From assembly GCA_021813525.1 (NCBI GenBank), contig JAKAKK010000043.1, positions 8,433 through 72,432 of the forward strand: a DNA stretch of 64,000 nt, read 5' to 3'. Below are positions 18,505-28,833 of the stretch, piece after piece. A program made the position numbers and the translations under genes. Source of the stretch: a bacterium (lineage in GTDB: Bacteria; SZUA-79; Acidulodesulfobacterales; Acidulodesulfobacteraceae). The stretch's first letter is position 1. Each line of letters begins with the position of its first letter. Below the pieces are notes generated by a model, which did not search any database, was not told where the DNA came from, and worked only from the letters and a program-made list of their open reading frames with translations.

Positions 18505-19326
18505 ATGTTATTGGCGAGGCAAATGGAAAATAAAAATATAGGCATAATCGCCGGCTACGGGGAATTTCCGTTAATATATATAGATGAATTAAAAGCGGCG
18601 GGTTATTCCGTGAAAGTCTGCGCAATAGAAGAAGAAGCGGATAAATCGCTTTCGGAACGCGCAGATTCTATTATTTATATAAGCGTCGGACAGCTCGGCA
18701 AATTGGTCAATTTTTTTAAATCCGAAGGCGTCAGCGAAGTAATAATGGCCGGTAAAGTCCGAAAAACGCTGATGTTTAAAAAAATTAAACCCGACATTAA
18801 AGCAATTACTCTTTTTTTATCCCTTAAAGATAAAAAAGACGATACTATTCTAAATGCCATATGTAAATTTTTAGAAAAAGAAGGGGTAAGCGTTGTTCCT
18901 CAGACAAAATATATTTCTTCGGTATTTTTGCCGTCCGGCGTAGCATCTAAGAGGTCTCCGAATAAAAAAGAAAAGGAAGATATAGAATTCGGAAAAAATG
19001 CGGCTATGCTCATTGCGGGAGCCGATATAGGACAGACTGCCGTGGTTAAAGATAAATCCGTTATGGCGCTTGAAGCTATAGAGGGGACGGACGAAGCTAT
19101 AATAAGAGGCGGAAAGCTCGCGAACGGGGGAGCCGTAGTCGTAAAAGTAAACAAGCCCAACCAGGATTTAAGATTCGACGTGCCCGCCGTAGGCCTCGAT
19201 ACTTTGGAAGCCATTATTTCCGTGGATGCTACGTGCTTAGCTTTTGAGCGTAACACTATTGTCCTGCGCAAGGAAGAATTTATAAAGAGAGCAGACTCGG
19301 CGGATATCGCCGTGTATGTTTTTTAA
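18505..19326 (+). CDS. lpxI: UDP-2,3-diacylglucosamine pyrophosphatase LpxI (DUF1009 family)
   Basis: GIIAGYGEFP N-terminus, MAGKV, and ADIGQTAVVKDKSVMALEAIEGTDEAI. Lies between lpxA and lpxB, as is typical for lpxI. ATG 18523 is an alternative start. Confidence 0.85.
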   Translation: MLLARQMENKNIGIIAGYGEFPLIYIDELKAAGYSVKVCAIEEEADKSLSERADSIIYISVGQLGKLVNFFKSEGVSEVIMAGKVRKTLMFKKIKPDIKAITLFLSLKDKKDDTILNAICKFLEKEGVSVVPQTKYISSVFLPSGVASKRSPNKKEKEDIEFGKNAAMLIAGADIGQTAVVKDKSVMALEAIEGTDEAIIRGGKLANGGAVVVKVNKPNQDLRFDVPAVGLDTLEAIISVDATCLAFERNTIVLRKEEFIKRADSADIAVYVF

Positions 19327-20503
19327 TATGTCTAAACCTAAAGTGCTTGTAGTTTCGGGAGAACCATCTGGAGACGTATTTGCCGCAGGTTTAATATCGT
19401 CTCTAAAAAAACTAGATAACGGCATAAATCCGGATATTTACGCAATGGGCGGAAAAAACAGCGAAGATGCCGGGGCTGAGTTGATAGCCGATATTAAAGA
19501 ATTATCGGTTATGGGTTTTACCGAAGTGCTTTTAAAATTAAGAACTATAAAAAAAGTATTAAGCAATCTATCTAACTGGATTGAACTAAATAAACCGGAT
19601 GCGGTTATTCTGGTAGATTTCCCCTCTTTTAATTTTAAAATCGCAAAATTGGCAAACAAGCTTAAAATTCCCGTAGCTTACTTCATTCCGCCGAAAATTT
19701 GGGCCTCGAGATACGGCAGGATAAAATTTATTAAAAAATATATAAAATTCGTTATAACTATTTTCCCGTTCGAGCAGGAGATTTATAAAAAAGAAGGCGT
19801 AGAGTCTTATTATTTTGGCAACCCTTTATACATTCTAAAGAAAAAAGATTTTTTATCCGCCGATTTATCAAAATATGACGAAACATCAAAACTCTTAAAC
19901 GAGAAATATCCCGTTATATCTTTTCTGCCAGGTTCTAGGAAAACCGAACTTAAACACCATTCGCAAAGGATAATCGATTCTGTTTTGCTGATAAGAGAGT
20001 CTTATAAAAAAGCTTTTTTTATATTTCCGTTCAGAAAGGAGATAGATTTTTCCTATTTTAAGAGTGCAATAGAAAGCAGTCCGGCTTTTAAAAAAGATAT
20101 GTATCTATTTACGGATTCCATAGGTTTTGCCCTATCGTCGAGCGATTTAATAATAACGGCGAGCGGCACCGCTTCTTTAGAAGCCTGTTTTTACGGCAAA
20201 CCGGTAATAATATTTTATTATTTAAACTATTTAACATATATTCTTGCCAAAATATTGGTAAGAATAAAATACGCAGGCCTCATAAACATACTTGCGGACG
20301 ATTTAGTGGTTCCGGAGTTAATAGAATCGAAATTTACGCCCCAAAATATCTTTAATGAAGCCGATAAATTTTTAAAGGATGACGGATACCGGAAAACCGT
20401 ATTAAATAAGATATCTGCCGTAATTTCTACTTTAGATGCCGGCGTTAACCCGTTTGATGCCGCGGCAGGTATTATTTATGATAAAATAATAAAATATGCT
20501 TAA
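19316..20503 (+). CDS. lpxB: lipid-A-disaccharide synthase
   Basis: The GEPSGD motif near the N-terminus, GT-B fold length, and context. ATG 19328 is an alternative start. Confidence 0.9.
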   Translation: MFFNMSKPKVLVVSGEPSGDVFAAGLISSLKKLDNGINPDIYAMGGKNSEDAGAELIADIKELSVMGFTEVLLKLRTIKKVLSNLSNWIELNKPDAVILVDFPSFNFKIAKLANKLKIPVAYFIPPKIWASRYGRIKFIKKYIKFVITIFPFEQEIYKKEGVESYYFGNPLYILKKKDFLSADLSKYDETSKLLNEKYPVISFLPGSRKTELKHHSQRIIDSVLLIRESYKKAFFIFPFRKEIDFSYFKSAIESSPAFKKDMYLFTDSIGFALSSSDLIITASGTASLEACFYGKPVIIFYYLNYLTYILAKILVRIKYAGLINILADDLVVPELIESKFTPQNIFNEADKFLKDDGYRKTVLNKISAVISTLDAGVNPFDAAAGIIYDKIIKYA

Positions 20504-22313
20504 TAAGAAAAATATAAAAAAAGACCTGTCGGTTTTAAAAAGACTGCTTCCCTATATCCTGCCTTATAAAAAAAGGCTTATTACGGCGGTAATAAGCATG
20601 GCGGTAGTTTCAGCTCTTACCGGCGCGCTGGCTTATATAGTAAAACCTCTTATAAATAATATATTTATAACTAAAAGCTATACCGAACTTGTACTAATTC
20701 CTTTGCTCGTCGTATTAATCTTTTTGGTAAAAAATGTTTTTTATTACGCGGAATTTTATTACATAGGTTCGGTCGGACAGAATATTATAAGGTCGTTAAG
20801 AGACGAAGTATATTCGGTGATAGTAAAACTGCCGGTTTCAAAGCTCAACAAGATTCCAACGGGCGTACTTATAGCAAGAATAACATACGATATAAATATC
20901 ATTCAAAGAACGGTGTCCGATTCAGTCAGCGCCGTTATGAAAGATATCCTAACCATGATAGTTCTTTTAGCCGTAGTATTCTATATGGATTTTTATCTTG
21001 CCATATCTGTTTTAGTCCTGTTTCCTTTAGTAATTTTTCCGGTGACGCTTCTTGGAAAAAAGGCTCGTAAAACAAGCACCGATACCCAGAACGAAATGGG
21101 AAGCATAACGAAGTTTTTAGACGAGACTATTTCCGGCCTGCGGATGGTTAAAGCTTACAATATGGAAGAATTTGAAATAAAGAGGTTTAAAAAGCTATCC
21201 GACAATCTCTACAGATTTTTTATGAGAATGACGAAAATAAGAGGACTTACGGTGCCGTTCGTCGAACTTATAGGAGGAATTTCGGTTGCGGCAATAATAT
21301 TTATAGGCGGGCTTCAGGTTATAAAATTCGGATATACGCCGGGTAATTTCTTTTCCTTTTTAACTGCCATACTCCTTCTTTACGAGCCCGTAAAAAGCCT
21401 TTCGCGCCTTAATAACAGCCTGCAGGAGGGTATAGCCGCCGGAACCAGGATTTTTGGTATTTTAGACGAAAAGCCTGAAGAGAAAGGCGGAAAGACTTCC
21501 GTCCCTAAAGAAATTACCGCCCTCGAAATAAAAGGTCTTTATTTCGGTTACGGCAAATACGACGGAGGCGAAGAAAAAGAAAAAACCGGCGAACATTTCG
21601 ACCTTAAAAATATTAACATAAAAATAAATAAAGGAGAAATAGCTGCGATAGTCGGTTTTTCGGGAGCGGGCAAAAGCACTCTCTCTATGCTGCTCCCCCG
21701 TTTTTACGAACCGTCTGCGGGAGAAATAAATATTAACGGAATAGATATAAAAGAATTTAATTTAAAAGAGCTAAGGGATTCCATATCTTACGTTTCCCAG
21801 AACGTCGTCCTGTTTAACGAATCGGTCAGGTTCAACATAGAATACGGAACAAGCGGCAAAAGCATGGACGAAATAATAAATGCCGCAAAACTTGCATTTG
21901 CCGACGAATTTATAAAAAATCTTCCGGAAGGATACGATACCCTCGTCGATGAGGCGGGCTCAAGGCTTTCCGGCGGAGAAAAACAGAGAATTTTAATCGC
22001 CAGGGCGTTTCTAAAAGATGCCCCCATACTTATACTCGACGAAGCCACTTCTTCTTTAGACGGAGAATCCGAAAAGAAAATTCAGCAGGCGCTGTTCGGA
22101 TACGAAGAAAGTAGCGGCGGCGCAAGCAAAATTATCGGAGGCTTATGCGTAAATAAAATCGTGCTTATAATAGCCCACAGGCTTTCTACCGTAAAACATG
22201 CCGATACGATTTATGTCCTCGAAAAAGGAGAAATAGCCGAAAGCGGAAGCCACGATGATTTAATAAAAATGGACGGAATTTATAAAAATCTTCTTTTAAA
22301 GCAGATGGAATAG
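20496..22313 (+). CDS. msbA: lipid A export ABC transporter MsbA (permease/ATPase fusion)
   Basis: Six-TM ABC exporter domain, Walker A GFSGAGKST, signature LSGGEKQR, Walker B ILILDEATS, H-loop IAHRLST. Located between lpxB and waaA. Confidence 0.88.
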   Translation: MLNKKNIKKDLSVLKRLLPYILPYKKRLITAVISMAVVSALTGALAYIVKPLINNIFITKSYTELVLIPLLVVLIFLVKNVFYYAEFYYIGSVGQNIIRSLRDEVYSVIVKLPVSKLNKIPTGVLIARITYDINIIQRTVSDSVSAVMKDILTMIVLLAVVFYMDFYLAISVLVLFPLVIFPVTLLGKKARKTSTDTQNEMGSITKFLDETISGLRMVKAYNMEEFEIKRFKKLSDNLYRFFMRMTKIRGLTVPFVELIGGISVAAIIFIGGLQVIKFGYTPGNFFSFLTAILLLYEPVKSLSRLNNSLQEGIAAGTRIFGILDEKPEEKGGKTSVPKEITALEIKGLYFGYGKYDGGEEKEKTGEHFDLKNINIKINKGEIAAIVGFSGAGKSTLSMLLPRFYEPSAGEININGIDIKEFNLKELRDSISYVSQNVVLFNESVRFNIEYGTSGKSMDEIINAAKLAFADEFIKNLPEGYDTLVDEAGSRLSGGEKQRILIARAFLKDAPILILDEATSSLDGESEKKIQQALFGYEESSGGASKIIGGLCVNKIVLIIAHRLSTVKHADTIYVLEKGEIAESGSHDDLIKMDGIYKNLLLKQME

Positions 22314-22325
22314 CTGTTTTTATAT

Positions 22326-23741
22326 ATGGAAAAAGCCTTATTTGCCGTTTACAATATTCTTTTATTGTTTTTATTTCCTTTTTTCTTTACCGCATTAGTC
22401 CTGTTTAACCTGACGAAAAATAAAAAAAGCGAAGGCTACGTATATAAATTTTTCCCTGCCGCTTTCAAGCCTTTAAAAAAAACGGCTTTTCAGGAAGGAG
22501 TCTGGATTCACGCTGTTTCGCTTGGAGAGATGAGGGCGGCGGTAAATTTTATCTATTTACTGCAGTCGGAATACGGTAAAAAAGTATATCTTTCCGCTAC
22601 CACTAAAACAGGTTTCGATTTTGCGGATAATCTTTATAGAAGCAATGATGACGTTTTAACATTTTATTTTCCTTATGATTTTCTTTTTTCCGTCCGCGGT
22701 ATTTTGAAACTGATAAAGCCGTCTTTGTTTATTTCGGTAGAAACTGAAATATGGCCTAATTTATTTAATATTCTAAATAAAAAAAATATTCCCATAGCGT
22801 TAATCAACGCAAGAATTTCTGAAAAGTCTTATAAAAATTATACCCGTTTCAGATTCTTTTTCGGTTATATCTTTAAAAAAATAGATACGGTATTATGCAT
22901 ATCGGATATGTATTGCAAAAGATTTGCGTCTCTTGGAATTAAGGAAGAAAATATGCGCCAAACAGGCAATATGAAATTCGACATGGACGCATCCCTTATT
23001 GCCGGAGATATAAACGAAAAAACCGCGATACTCAAAAAATTTATAGAATATAAAACTAATAATTCGGAACACCCGAAAATTATAGCGGCTGGAAGCACTC
23101 ATAAAGGAGAAGAAGAGGTAATTGCCGATTCGGTAATAAAATTAAACAAGCTGAACGATAAAAATAAAATTTTCCTCTTCGTTGCTCCGCGGCATCCCGA
23201 AAGGTTCGACGAGGTTTACAAACTTTTAAATAACTACTTGCCCGGAATAGAACTTTACAAGCTTTCTTCTATTTATGCTTCTAAAGATAATAATAGTAGC
23301 GGTTTCTCCGAAAACAAAGTCGTCGTAGTTTTAGTAGATATTATAGGGCAGCTTTTAACGGTTTACGGCATATGCGGCGCCGCTTTCGTAGGCGGCAGTA
23401 TAGTTTCTGCCGGCGGACATAATCTTCTCGAACCTTTGGTTTTCGGGAAACCGGTAATTTTCGGCAGATACGTTCAAAATTTTTCGGAAGCGGCGGAAGA
23501 AATTAAAAAGAATTCCGCCGGAAGACAGATTGATTCCCCTTTGGAATTATATGAGGCGTTAGCCGGTTACCTGCTTAACGATAAATCTGCCGAATCGGCC
23601 GGAAAAAACGGCCTAAACCTTATAGCCCGCAATAAAGGCGTTTCCCTTATGAACCTTGAGTATTTGCATTATAAAGGATATTTACGCCCGGCAAAAAGCG
23701 CGGATAAAAAAACGGTTGACAAAGTTATTAAAACCTATTAG
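22326..23741 (+). CDS. waaA: 3-deoxy-D-manno-octulosonic acid (Kdo) transferase
   Basis: N-terminal anchor, WIHAVSLGE motif, GT30 length, and context after msbA. Confidence 0.88.
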   Translation: MEKALFAVYNILLLFLFPFFFTALVLFNLTKNKKSEGYVYKFFPAAFKPLKKTAFQEGVWIHAVSLGEMRAAVNFIYLLQSEYGKKVYLSATTKTGFDFADNLYRSNDDVLTFYFPYDFLFSVRGILKLIKPSLFISVETEIWPNLFNILNKKNIPIALINARISEKSYKNYTRFRFFFGYIFKKIDTVLCISDMYCKRFASLGIKEENMRQTGNMKFDMDASLIAGDINEKTAILKKFIEYKTNNSEHPKIIAAGSTHKGEEEVIADSVIKLNKLNDKNKIFLFVAPRHPERFDEVYKLLNNYLPGIELYKLSSIYASKDNNSSGFSENKVVVVLVDIIGQLLTVYGICGAAFVGGSIVSAGGHNLLEPLVFGKPVIFGRYVQNFSEAAEEIKKNSAGRQIDSPLELYEALAGYLLNDKSAESAGKNGLNLIARNKGVSLMNLEYLHYKGYLRPAKSADKKTVDKVIKTY

Positions 23742-23808
23742 AATTAATAATTCAAGTTTAAATATTTTTAATTTTCCTTAATTTTTATTAAGCAAAAGAG
23801 GATTTACT

Positions 23809-24126
23809 ATGAGTAAAGATAATTACGCCGTAATAAGTACCGGTTCGAAACAATACGTAGTTGCCCAGGGCGATATTTTAAGAATAGAAACCGTAGGCAA
23901 GAAAAAGGGCGAAGAGATAACTTTTACGCCGGTAGCCGTTAAAAACGGGGATGTTTTGCTGACGGACAAACAGGCATTGAAGGATAAAAGCGTCACCGGA
24001 ACGGTGGTCGGAAACGGCAGAGCTAAAAAAATAGTAGTATTTAAAATGAAACGCCGCAAAGACGAAAGGAAAAAAAGAGGGCACAGGCAGAACTTTACGG
24101 AAGTCAGAATAACCGGAATAGCTTAA
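23809..24126 (+). CDS. rplU: 50S ribosomal protein L21
   Basis: YAVISTGSKQYVV N-terminus, 105 aa, followed by rpmA. Confidence 0.95.
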   Translation: MSKDNYAVISTGSKQYVVAQGDILRIETVGKKKGEEITFTPVAVKNGDVLLTDKQALKDKSVTGTVVGNGRAKKIVVFKMKRRKDERKKRGHRQNFTEVRITGIA

Positions 24127-24176
24127 TTGCTTGTGATATATAAAAAATAAAATCAAATTAAGAAACAGGTGATATT

Positions 24177-24434
24177 ATGGCGCATAAAAAAGCCGGCGGA
24201 AGTTCCAGAAACGGCAGAGACAGTCAGGGACAGAGGAGAGGGGTAAAAAGATTCGGGGGTCAGTTAGTAAAACCGGGCGAGATTATAGTCCGTCAGGTAG
24301 GGTCGTCTTTTCATCCGGGAAAATTTGTTAAAGAAGGCAAAGATTATACCCTTTATTCCATAATAAAAGGTTTCGTTAAATTTCATGCCGGGAAAAACAA
24401 CAGGAAATTTGTAAGTATTATACCTGCGGAATAA
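24177..24434 (+). CDS. rpmA: 50S ribosomal protein L27
   Basis: [24 protein letters not shown] is the diagnostic L27 N-terminus. Confidence 0.96.
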   Translation: MAHKKAGGSSRNGRDSQGQRRGVKRFGGQLVKPGEIIVRQVGSSFHPGKFVKEGKDYTLYSIIKGFVKFHAGKNNRKFVSIIPAE

Positions 24435-24611
24435 CAATTAGTTATATACTTTTATTTTCAACGAACTTTACTTCGCTCAAATATTCCCATATCATATTCA
24501 ATATATCCATACCGATTTGAAGGCCGCAGGTTTTGCCGCCGTTTAACAAAAGCGGTGCCAGCCTGTTTTGCGTCTAACTTATTTCTTGTATAGCTAACTA
24601 AAATTTATAAT

Positions 24612-25643
24612 ATGAAATTTGTCGATAATGCCGTAATAACTATAGCTTCCGGAAACGGGGGAAGGGGAGCGGTCAGTTTTAGGCGGGAAAAGTTCATACC
24701 TAAGGGAGGACCGGACGGCGGCGACGGAGGGAAAGGCGGAGACGTTATATTTAAAGTTTCGCATAATATAACGAGCCTTCTGGATTTCAGGTATAAGCCG
24801 AGATATATTGCCGAAAACGGAGGCAGCGGTCAGGGCAACAACAAAAAAGGCAGAGACGGAAAAGATATTATCATAACCGTGCCGGTCGGTACGACGGTTG
24901 TAGATTTCGATTCCGGCGAAGTAATGGCAGACCTTACGAAAGACGGCGAAGAAACGGTTCTGCTCAGAGGCGGTATCGGGGGGAAAGGCAACACCTTTTT
25001 TAAGTCGTCCACGCAGAGAAGGCCCCGTTTTGCTCAACCCGGCATACAGGGCGTAACCAGAAAAGTCCGTCTTGTTCTGAAAAGCTTAGGGGACATAGGT
25101 TTAGTAGGGTTCCCTAATGCGGGGAAGTCAACTCTTATATCTAAACTTACCGGTTCTCACGCAAAAATAGCTCCGTATCCTTTTACTACCAAAACTCCTA
25201 ACCTTGGGGTTTATACGGGCAATAATCCGGACGAGTCCGCTAAAACTTTAACTATAGTAGATATTCCGGGTATAATAGAAGGCGCTTCGGAAGGTGCCGG
25301 CCTCGGTCTTAAATTTTTAAGCCATATAGAAAGGTCTAATATACTTCTGCATCTGATTGAAATAGGAACTTTTAAAGATATTAAAACGGCATACGAAGCG
25401 GTAATTAAAGAAATAGCCGAATACGACGAAAATATTCTTAAAAAAGAACGAATAGCGGCCATAAATAAAATAGACCTGATTGCCGACCGAAAGAAATTAA
25501 ATAAAATTATTAAAGAAACTACGAAATTTTTTTCGGAGCAAAATATTCCCGTGTACTTTATATCGGCATTTTACGGTACCGGAATAGACGAACTTAAAGT
25601 CGAATTAAATTTAATTTTAAATAAAAAAAATATTGCGGTATAA
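24612..25643 (+). CDS. obg: GTPase Obg
   Basis: MKFVD...GGRGAVSFRREKF glycine-rich Obg fold, then G1 GFPNAGKST and G3 DIPG. Confidence 0.95.
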   Translation: MKFVDNAVITIASGNGGRGAVSFRREKFIPKGGPDGGDGGKGGDVIFKVSHNITSLLDFRYKPRYIAENGGSGQGNNKKGRDGKDIIITVPVGTTVVDFDSGEVMADLTKDGEETVLLRGGIGGKGNTFFKSSTQRRPRFAQPGIQGVTRKVRLVLKSLGDIGLVGFPNAGKSTLISKLTGSHAKIAPYPFTTKTPNLGVYTGNNPDESAKTLTIVDIPGIIEGASEGAGLGLKFLSHIERSNILLHLIEIGTFKDIKTAYEAVIKEIAEYDENILKKERIAAINKIDLIADRKKLNKIIKETTKFFSEQNIPVYFISAFYGTGIDELKVELNLILNKKNIAV

Positions 25644-25697
25644 TTACAACATATTATAAAATTATCGTATTATATATTAAAATTAATTAAGATATAA

Positions 25698-26861
25698 GTG
25701 AAAGAATATAACGGTCTTCAGAATAATTTTAAAGAATATCTCGATTCTAAAAAAAGAATAGTAATAAAAATAGGCACGCAGGTTCTTTTAAACGAAGAAG
25801 GAAAACTTTCTCCGCCGTCTTTTAAAAATATCTGCGGTTTCGTTAATTCGCTTAAGGCTCAAAAAAGGGAAGTAATTCTTGTCTCATCCGGCGCTATCGC
25901 CGCGGGAAAAGATATGCTCGGCATAAACCCGGAAACGGGCGGGTTTTCCATTCCTCAAAAACAGGCGTTCGCCGCATGCGGACAGCCCGTTTTGATGAAA
26001 AATTACGATTCTTTTTTTAAACGGTACGGCCTTAAAACCGCGCAGGTCCTTTTAACAAAAGAAGACGTTTCCGTCAGAAAGAGATTTACAAATGCGCGCA
26101 ATACCATATATGAACTGCTTAATAACGGAGTAATTCCTATAATAAACGAAAACGACACCGTTTCGTACGAAGAAATAAAATTTTCGGACAACGACCAGTT
26201 GTCCGCGCTTGTTTTAAACTTGGTATGCGCAGACCTTTTTATTATCCTTTCAAACGTAAAAGGGGTTTTCGATAAAAATCCGAATATTTATAAAAATGCA
26301 AAACCGGTCAAAATCATAAACGATATTAAAAATTACATTAAAAATTTTAAAGACGGTTCTAAAAGCATTCACGGAACCGGAGGCATGAAATCGAAACTTT
26401 ATGCCGCTTTTATTGCCGCCAGTGCGGGTATAGATACCGTCATCGCTTCGGGTAAAGACAAAAAAAGCCTGGATTTCTTATCGGAAGGCAAATTATGCGG
26501 AACTTTAATTGTTTCTTCGCCGCGCAACAAAATAAACAAAAAAAAACACTGGCTTTTATTCGGGATGGAAAAAACGGGAGAGATAGTTGCCGATAAAGGC
26601 GCTATCGAAGCGATTACTTTCCAAAATAAAAGCCTTCTTGCAGGCGGCATAATTAAAATAAAGGGCGATTTTAAAAAAGGCGACGGAGTTTATATATTGG
26701 ACGAAAACGGAACCGTTTTTTCTAAGGGCATCGCTAATCTCGATTCGGACGATGTTAAAAAAATAAAAGGTTTGAGCGCCGAAGAAATAAAAATAAAATT
26801 CGGCAAAGATAAAATTTCCTCTTTAGTAGTCCATAAAGATAAAATGGCTTCAAACATATAA
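25698..26861 (+). CDS. proB: glutamate 5-kinase (with PUA domain)
   Basis: IVIKIGT..., SSGAIAAG, NENDT motifs and a C-terminal PUA-like region. GTG start without an obvious SD. Confidence 0.9.
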   Translation: MKEYNGLQNNFKEYLDSKKRIVIKIGTQVLLNEEGKLSPPSFKNICGFVNSLKAQKREVILVSSGAIAAGKDMLGINPETGGFSIPQKQAFAACGQPVLMKNYDSFFKRYGLKTAQVLLTKEDVSVRKRFTNARNTIYELLNNGVIPIINENDTVSYEEIKFSDNDQLSALVLNLVCADLFIILSNVKGVFDKNPNIYKNAKPVKIINDIKNYIKNFKDGSKSIHGTGGMKSKLYAAFIAASAGIDTVIASGKDKKSLDFLSEGKLCGTLIVSSPRNKINKKKHWLLFGMEKTGEIVADKGAIEAITFQNKSLLAGGIIKIKGDFKKGDGVYILDENGTVFSKGIANLDSDDVKKIKGLSAEEIKIKFGKDKISSLVVHKDKMASNI

Positions 26862-26885
26862 AAATAGGAGTCTAAAGGAGCAGAT

Positions 26886-28163
26886 ATGGACAATATGAGT
26901 AAGGCCGCATCTATAGAAGAAATTGCGGAGAAGGCTTACGGCGCGAGCAGCAGCATAGCAAATGCCGACCCCGCAATAAAACTTAATATACTCGAAACCC
27001 TCAAGGACCTTTTAATTAAAAATAAAAAGCGGATAGAAGCCGAAAATGCCAAGGATATAGAAAGCGCAAAAGCTGCGGGATTAAGCAAGCCTATGCTGGA
27101 CAGGCTTCATATCGGCGAAAAGACGTTTTCTTCCATGCTTAACTCTATCGACGACGTAATGAAGATTAAAGACCCCGTAGGCGAAATAGAAAATATCGCG
27201 GTAAGGCCGAACGGGCTTATGGTAGGCAGGATGAGAATACCGCTAGGCGTAATCGGAATAATTTACGAATCGAGACCTAACGTTACTATCGATGCGTCGA
27301 TACTCTGTCTTTTGTCCGGGAACGCGGTAATATTAAGGGGCGGTTCGGAAGCCATAAACTCGAATAAAATACTTGCTTCGATAGTTTCGGAAAGCTTAAA
27401 AATTAACGGTCTTCCTTCGGAAGCCGTTTCTATAGTTCCTTATACGGACAGGTCTGCAATTGCGGAAATGATATCGCTCAAAAAATACATAGACCTTATA
27501 ATTCCGCGGGGCGGCGAAGGACTTATTTCGTTCGTGACGGAAAATTCCAAAATTCCGGTAATAAAGCACGATAAAGGCGTCTGCCATATATACGTCGATA
27601 AATATGCCGATATAAATAAATCGGTCGATGTTATAATCAATTCAAAAGTTCAGAGGCCATCCGTGTGCAATGCTTTGGAAACCCTTATGGTGCACTCCGA
27701 TATTATGGGAGATTTTATGCCGGAAATGTTTGCCGAGCTTAAAAAGAACGGCGTAGAAACAAGAGTGGACGACGAAATTATGAATATTTTTAAAAATAGG
27801 TTTAATTTTATAACTCCGGCAACAGATGCAGACTGGGACGCCGAATATCTTAACCTTACGCTGTCGGTTAAAACCGTTAAAAATATGGACGAAGCAATAG
27901 AGCATATAAAGCGGCACGGTTCCAACCATACCGAGTCCATATTGACGGAAAACTATAGCCGCGCCCTTGAGTTCATAAAGAAAGTAAATTCATCCTGCGT
28001 GCTAATAAACGCTTCTACCAGGTTTAACGACGGCTTTGAGCTTGGTCTCGGCGCCGAAATAGGCATATCTACTTCAAAAATTCATGCATTCGGTCCCATG
28101 GGGGCAAAAGAGCTTACGACGACTAAATTTGTAGTATTCGGAAACTATCAGAAAAGAACTTAA
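26886..28163 (+). CDS. proA: gamma-glutamyl phosphate reductase
   Basis: Aldehyde-dehydrogenase fold with catalytic Cys (VCNALETL) and NASTRFNDG. Follows proB. Confidence 0.93.
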   Translation: MDNMSKAASIEEIAEKAYGASSSIANADPAIKLNILETLKDLLIKNKKRIEAENAKDIESAKAAGLSKPMLDRLHIGEKTFSSMLNSIDDVMKIKDPVGEIENIAVRPNGLMVGRMRIPLGVIGIIYESRPNVTIDASILCLLSGNAVILRGGSEAINSNKILASIVSESLKINGLPSEAVSIVPYTDRSAIAEMISLKKYIDLIIPRGGEGLISFVTENSKIPVIKHDKGVCHIYVDKYADINKSVDVIINSKVQRPSVCNALETLMVHSDIMGDFMPEMFAELKKNGVETRVDDEIMNIFKNRFNFITPATDADWDAEYLNLTLSVKTVKNMDEAIEHIKRHGSNHTESILTENYSRALEFIKKVNSSCVLINASTRFNDGFELGLGAEIGISTSKIHAFGPMGAKELTTTKFVVFGNYQKRT

Positions 28164-28180
28164 GCGCTAAACTGATAACT

Positions 28181-28828
28181 ATGAAAATAGGAATTTTCGG
28201 GGGTACGTTTAATCCGGTTCATTTCGGACATTTAAGGGCCGCGGAAGAAGTTGCGCAGAATTTTTTAGATAAGGTTATATTTATTCCTACAAATATAACT
28301 TCTAATAAAGAAAAGCCGGGTATCGACCCCGAAAAAAGAATGAAAATGCTCAATATAGCAATCAAAAACAACAAAAAATTCGAGGCGTCGGATATAGAAA
28401 TAAAAAGAGGCGGACTTTCATACTCCTATGATACGATTATTCAGCTGAAAAAAATATATACGTCGGACGAACTGTATTTTATAGCCGGAATAGACGCTTA
28501 TTCCGACGTAAAGAATTGGAAAAACGGCGCCGAAATTTTCGATAAAATAAATTTTATAGTCGTGAACAGGTCGGGCATTAAATCGGATTCAAAAAATTTA
28601 GTAAAGCTTATAGGTTTTTTACCCGATAATTTAAAAGAACGCATTAAGGTTGACTATACGGAAAACAGATTAGTTACTCCCAAAAATAAATATATATATT
28701 TTTTGAAAATTACAAGATTAGATATTTCTTCAACCGTTATTAGAAATAATTTTAAAAATAACATCTCCAATCTCTTTTTATTGCCAAACGAGGTTATTAA
28801 TTATATAATAAATAATAAGTTATATTAA
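28181..28828 (+). CDS. nadD: nicotinate-nucleotide adenylyltransferase
   Basis: GGTFNPVHFGH nucleotidyltransferase motif and ISST near the C-terminus. Conserved nadD-rsfS pairing. Confidence 0.9.
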   Translation: MKIGIFGGTFNPVHFGHLRAAEEVAQNFLDKVIFIPTNITSNKEKPGIDPEKRMKMLNIAIKNNKKFEASDIEIKRGGLSYSYDTIIQLKKIYTSDELYFIAGIDAYSDVKNWKNGAEIFDKINFIVVNRSGIKSDSKNLVKLIGFLPDNLKERIKVDYTENRLVTPKNKYIYFLKITRLDISSTVIRNNFKNNISNLFLLPNEVINYIINNKLY

Positions 28829-28833
28829 GGACG

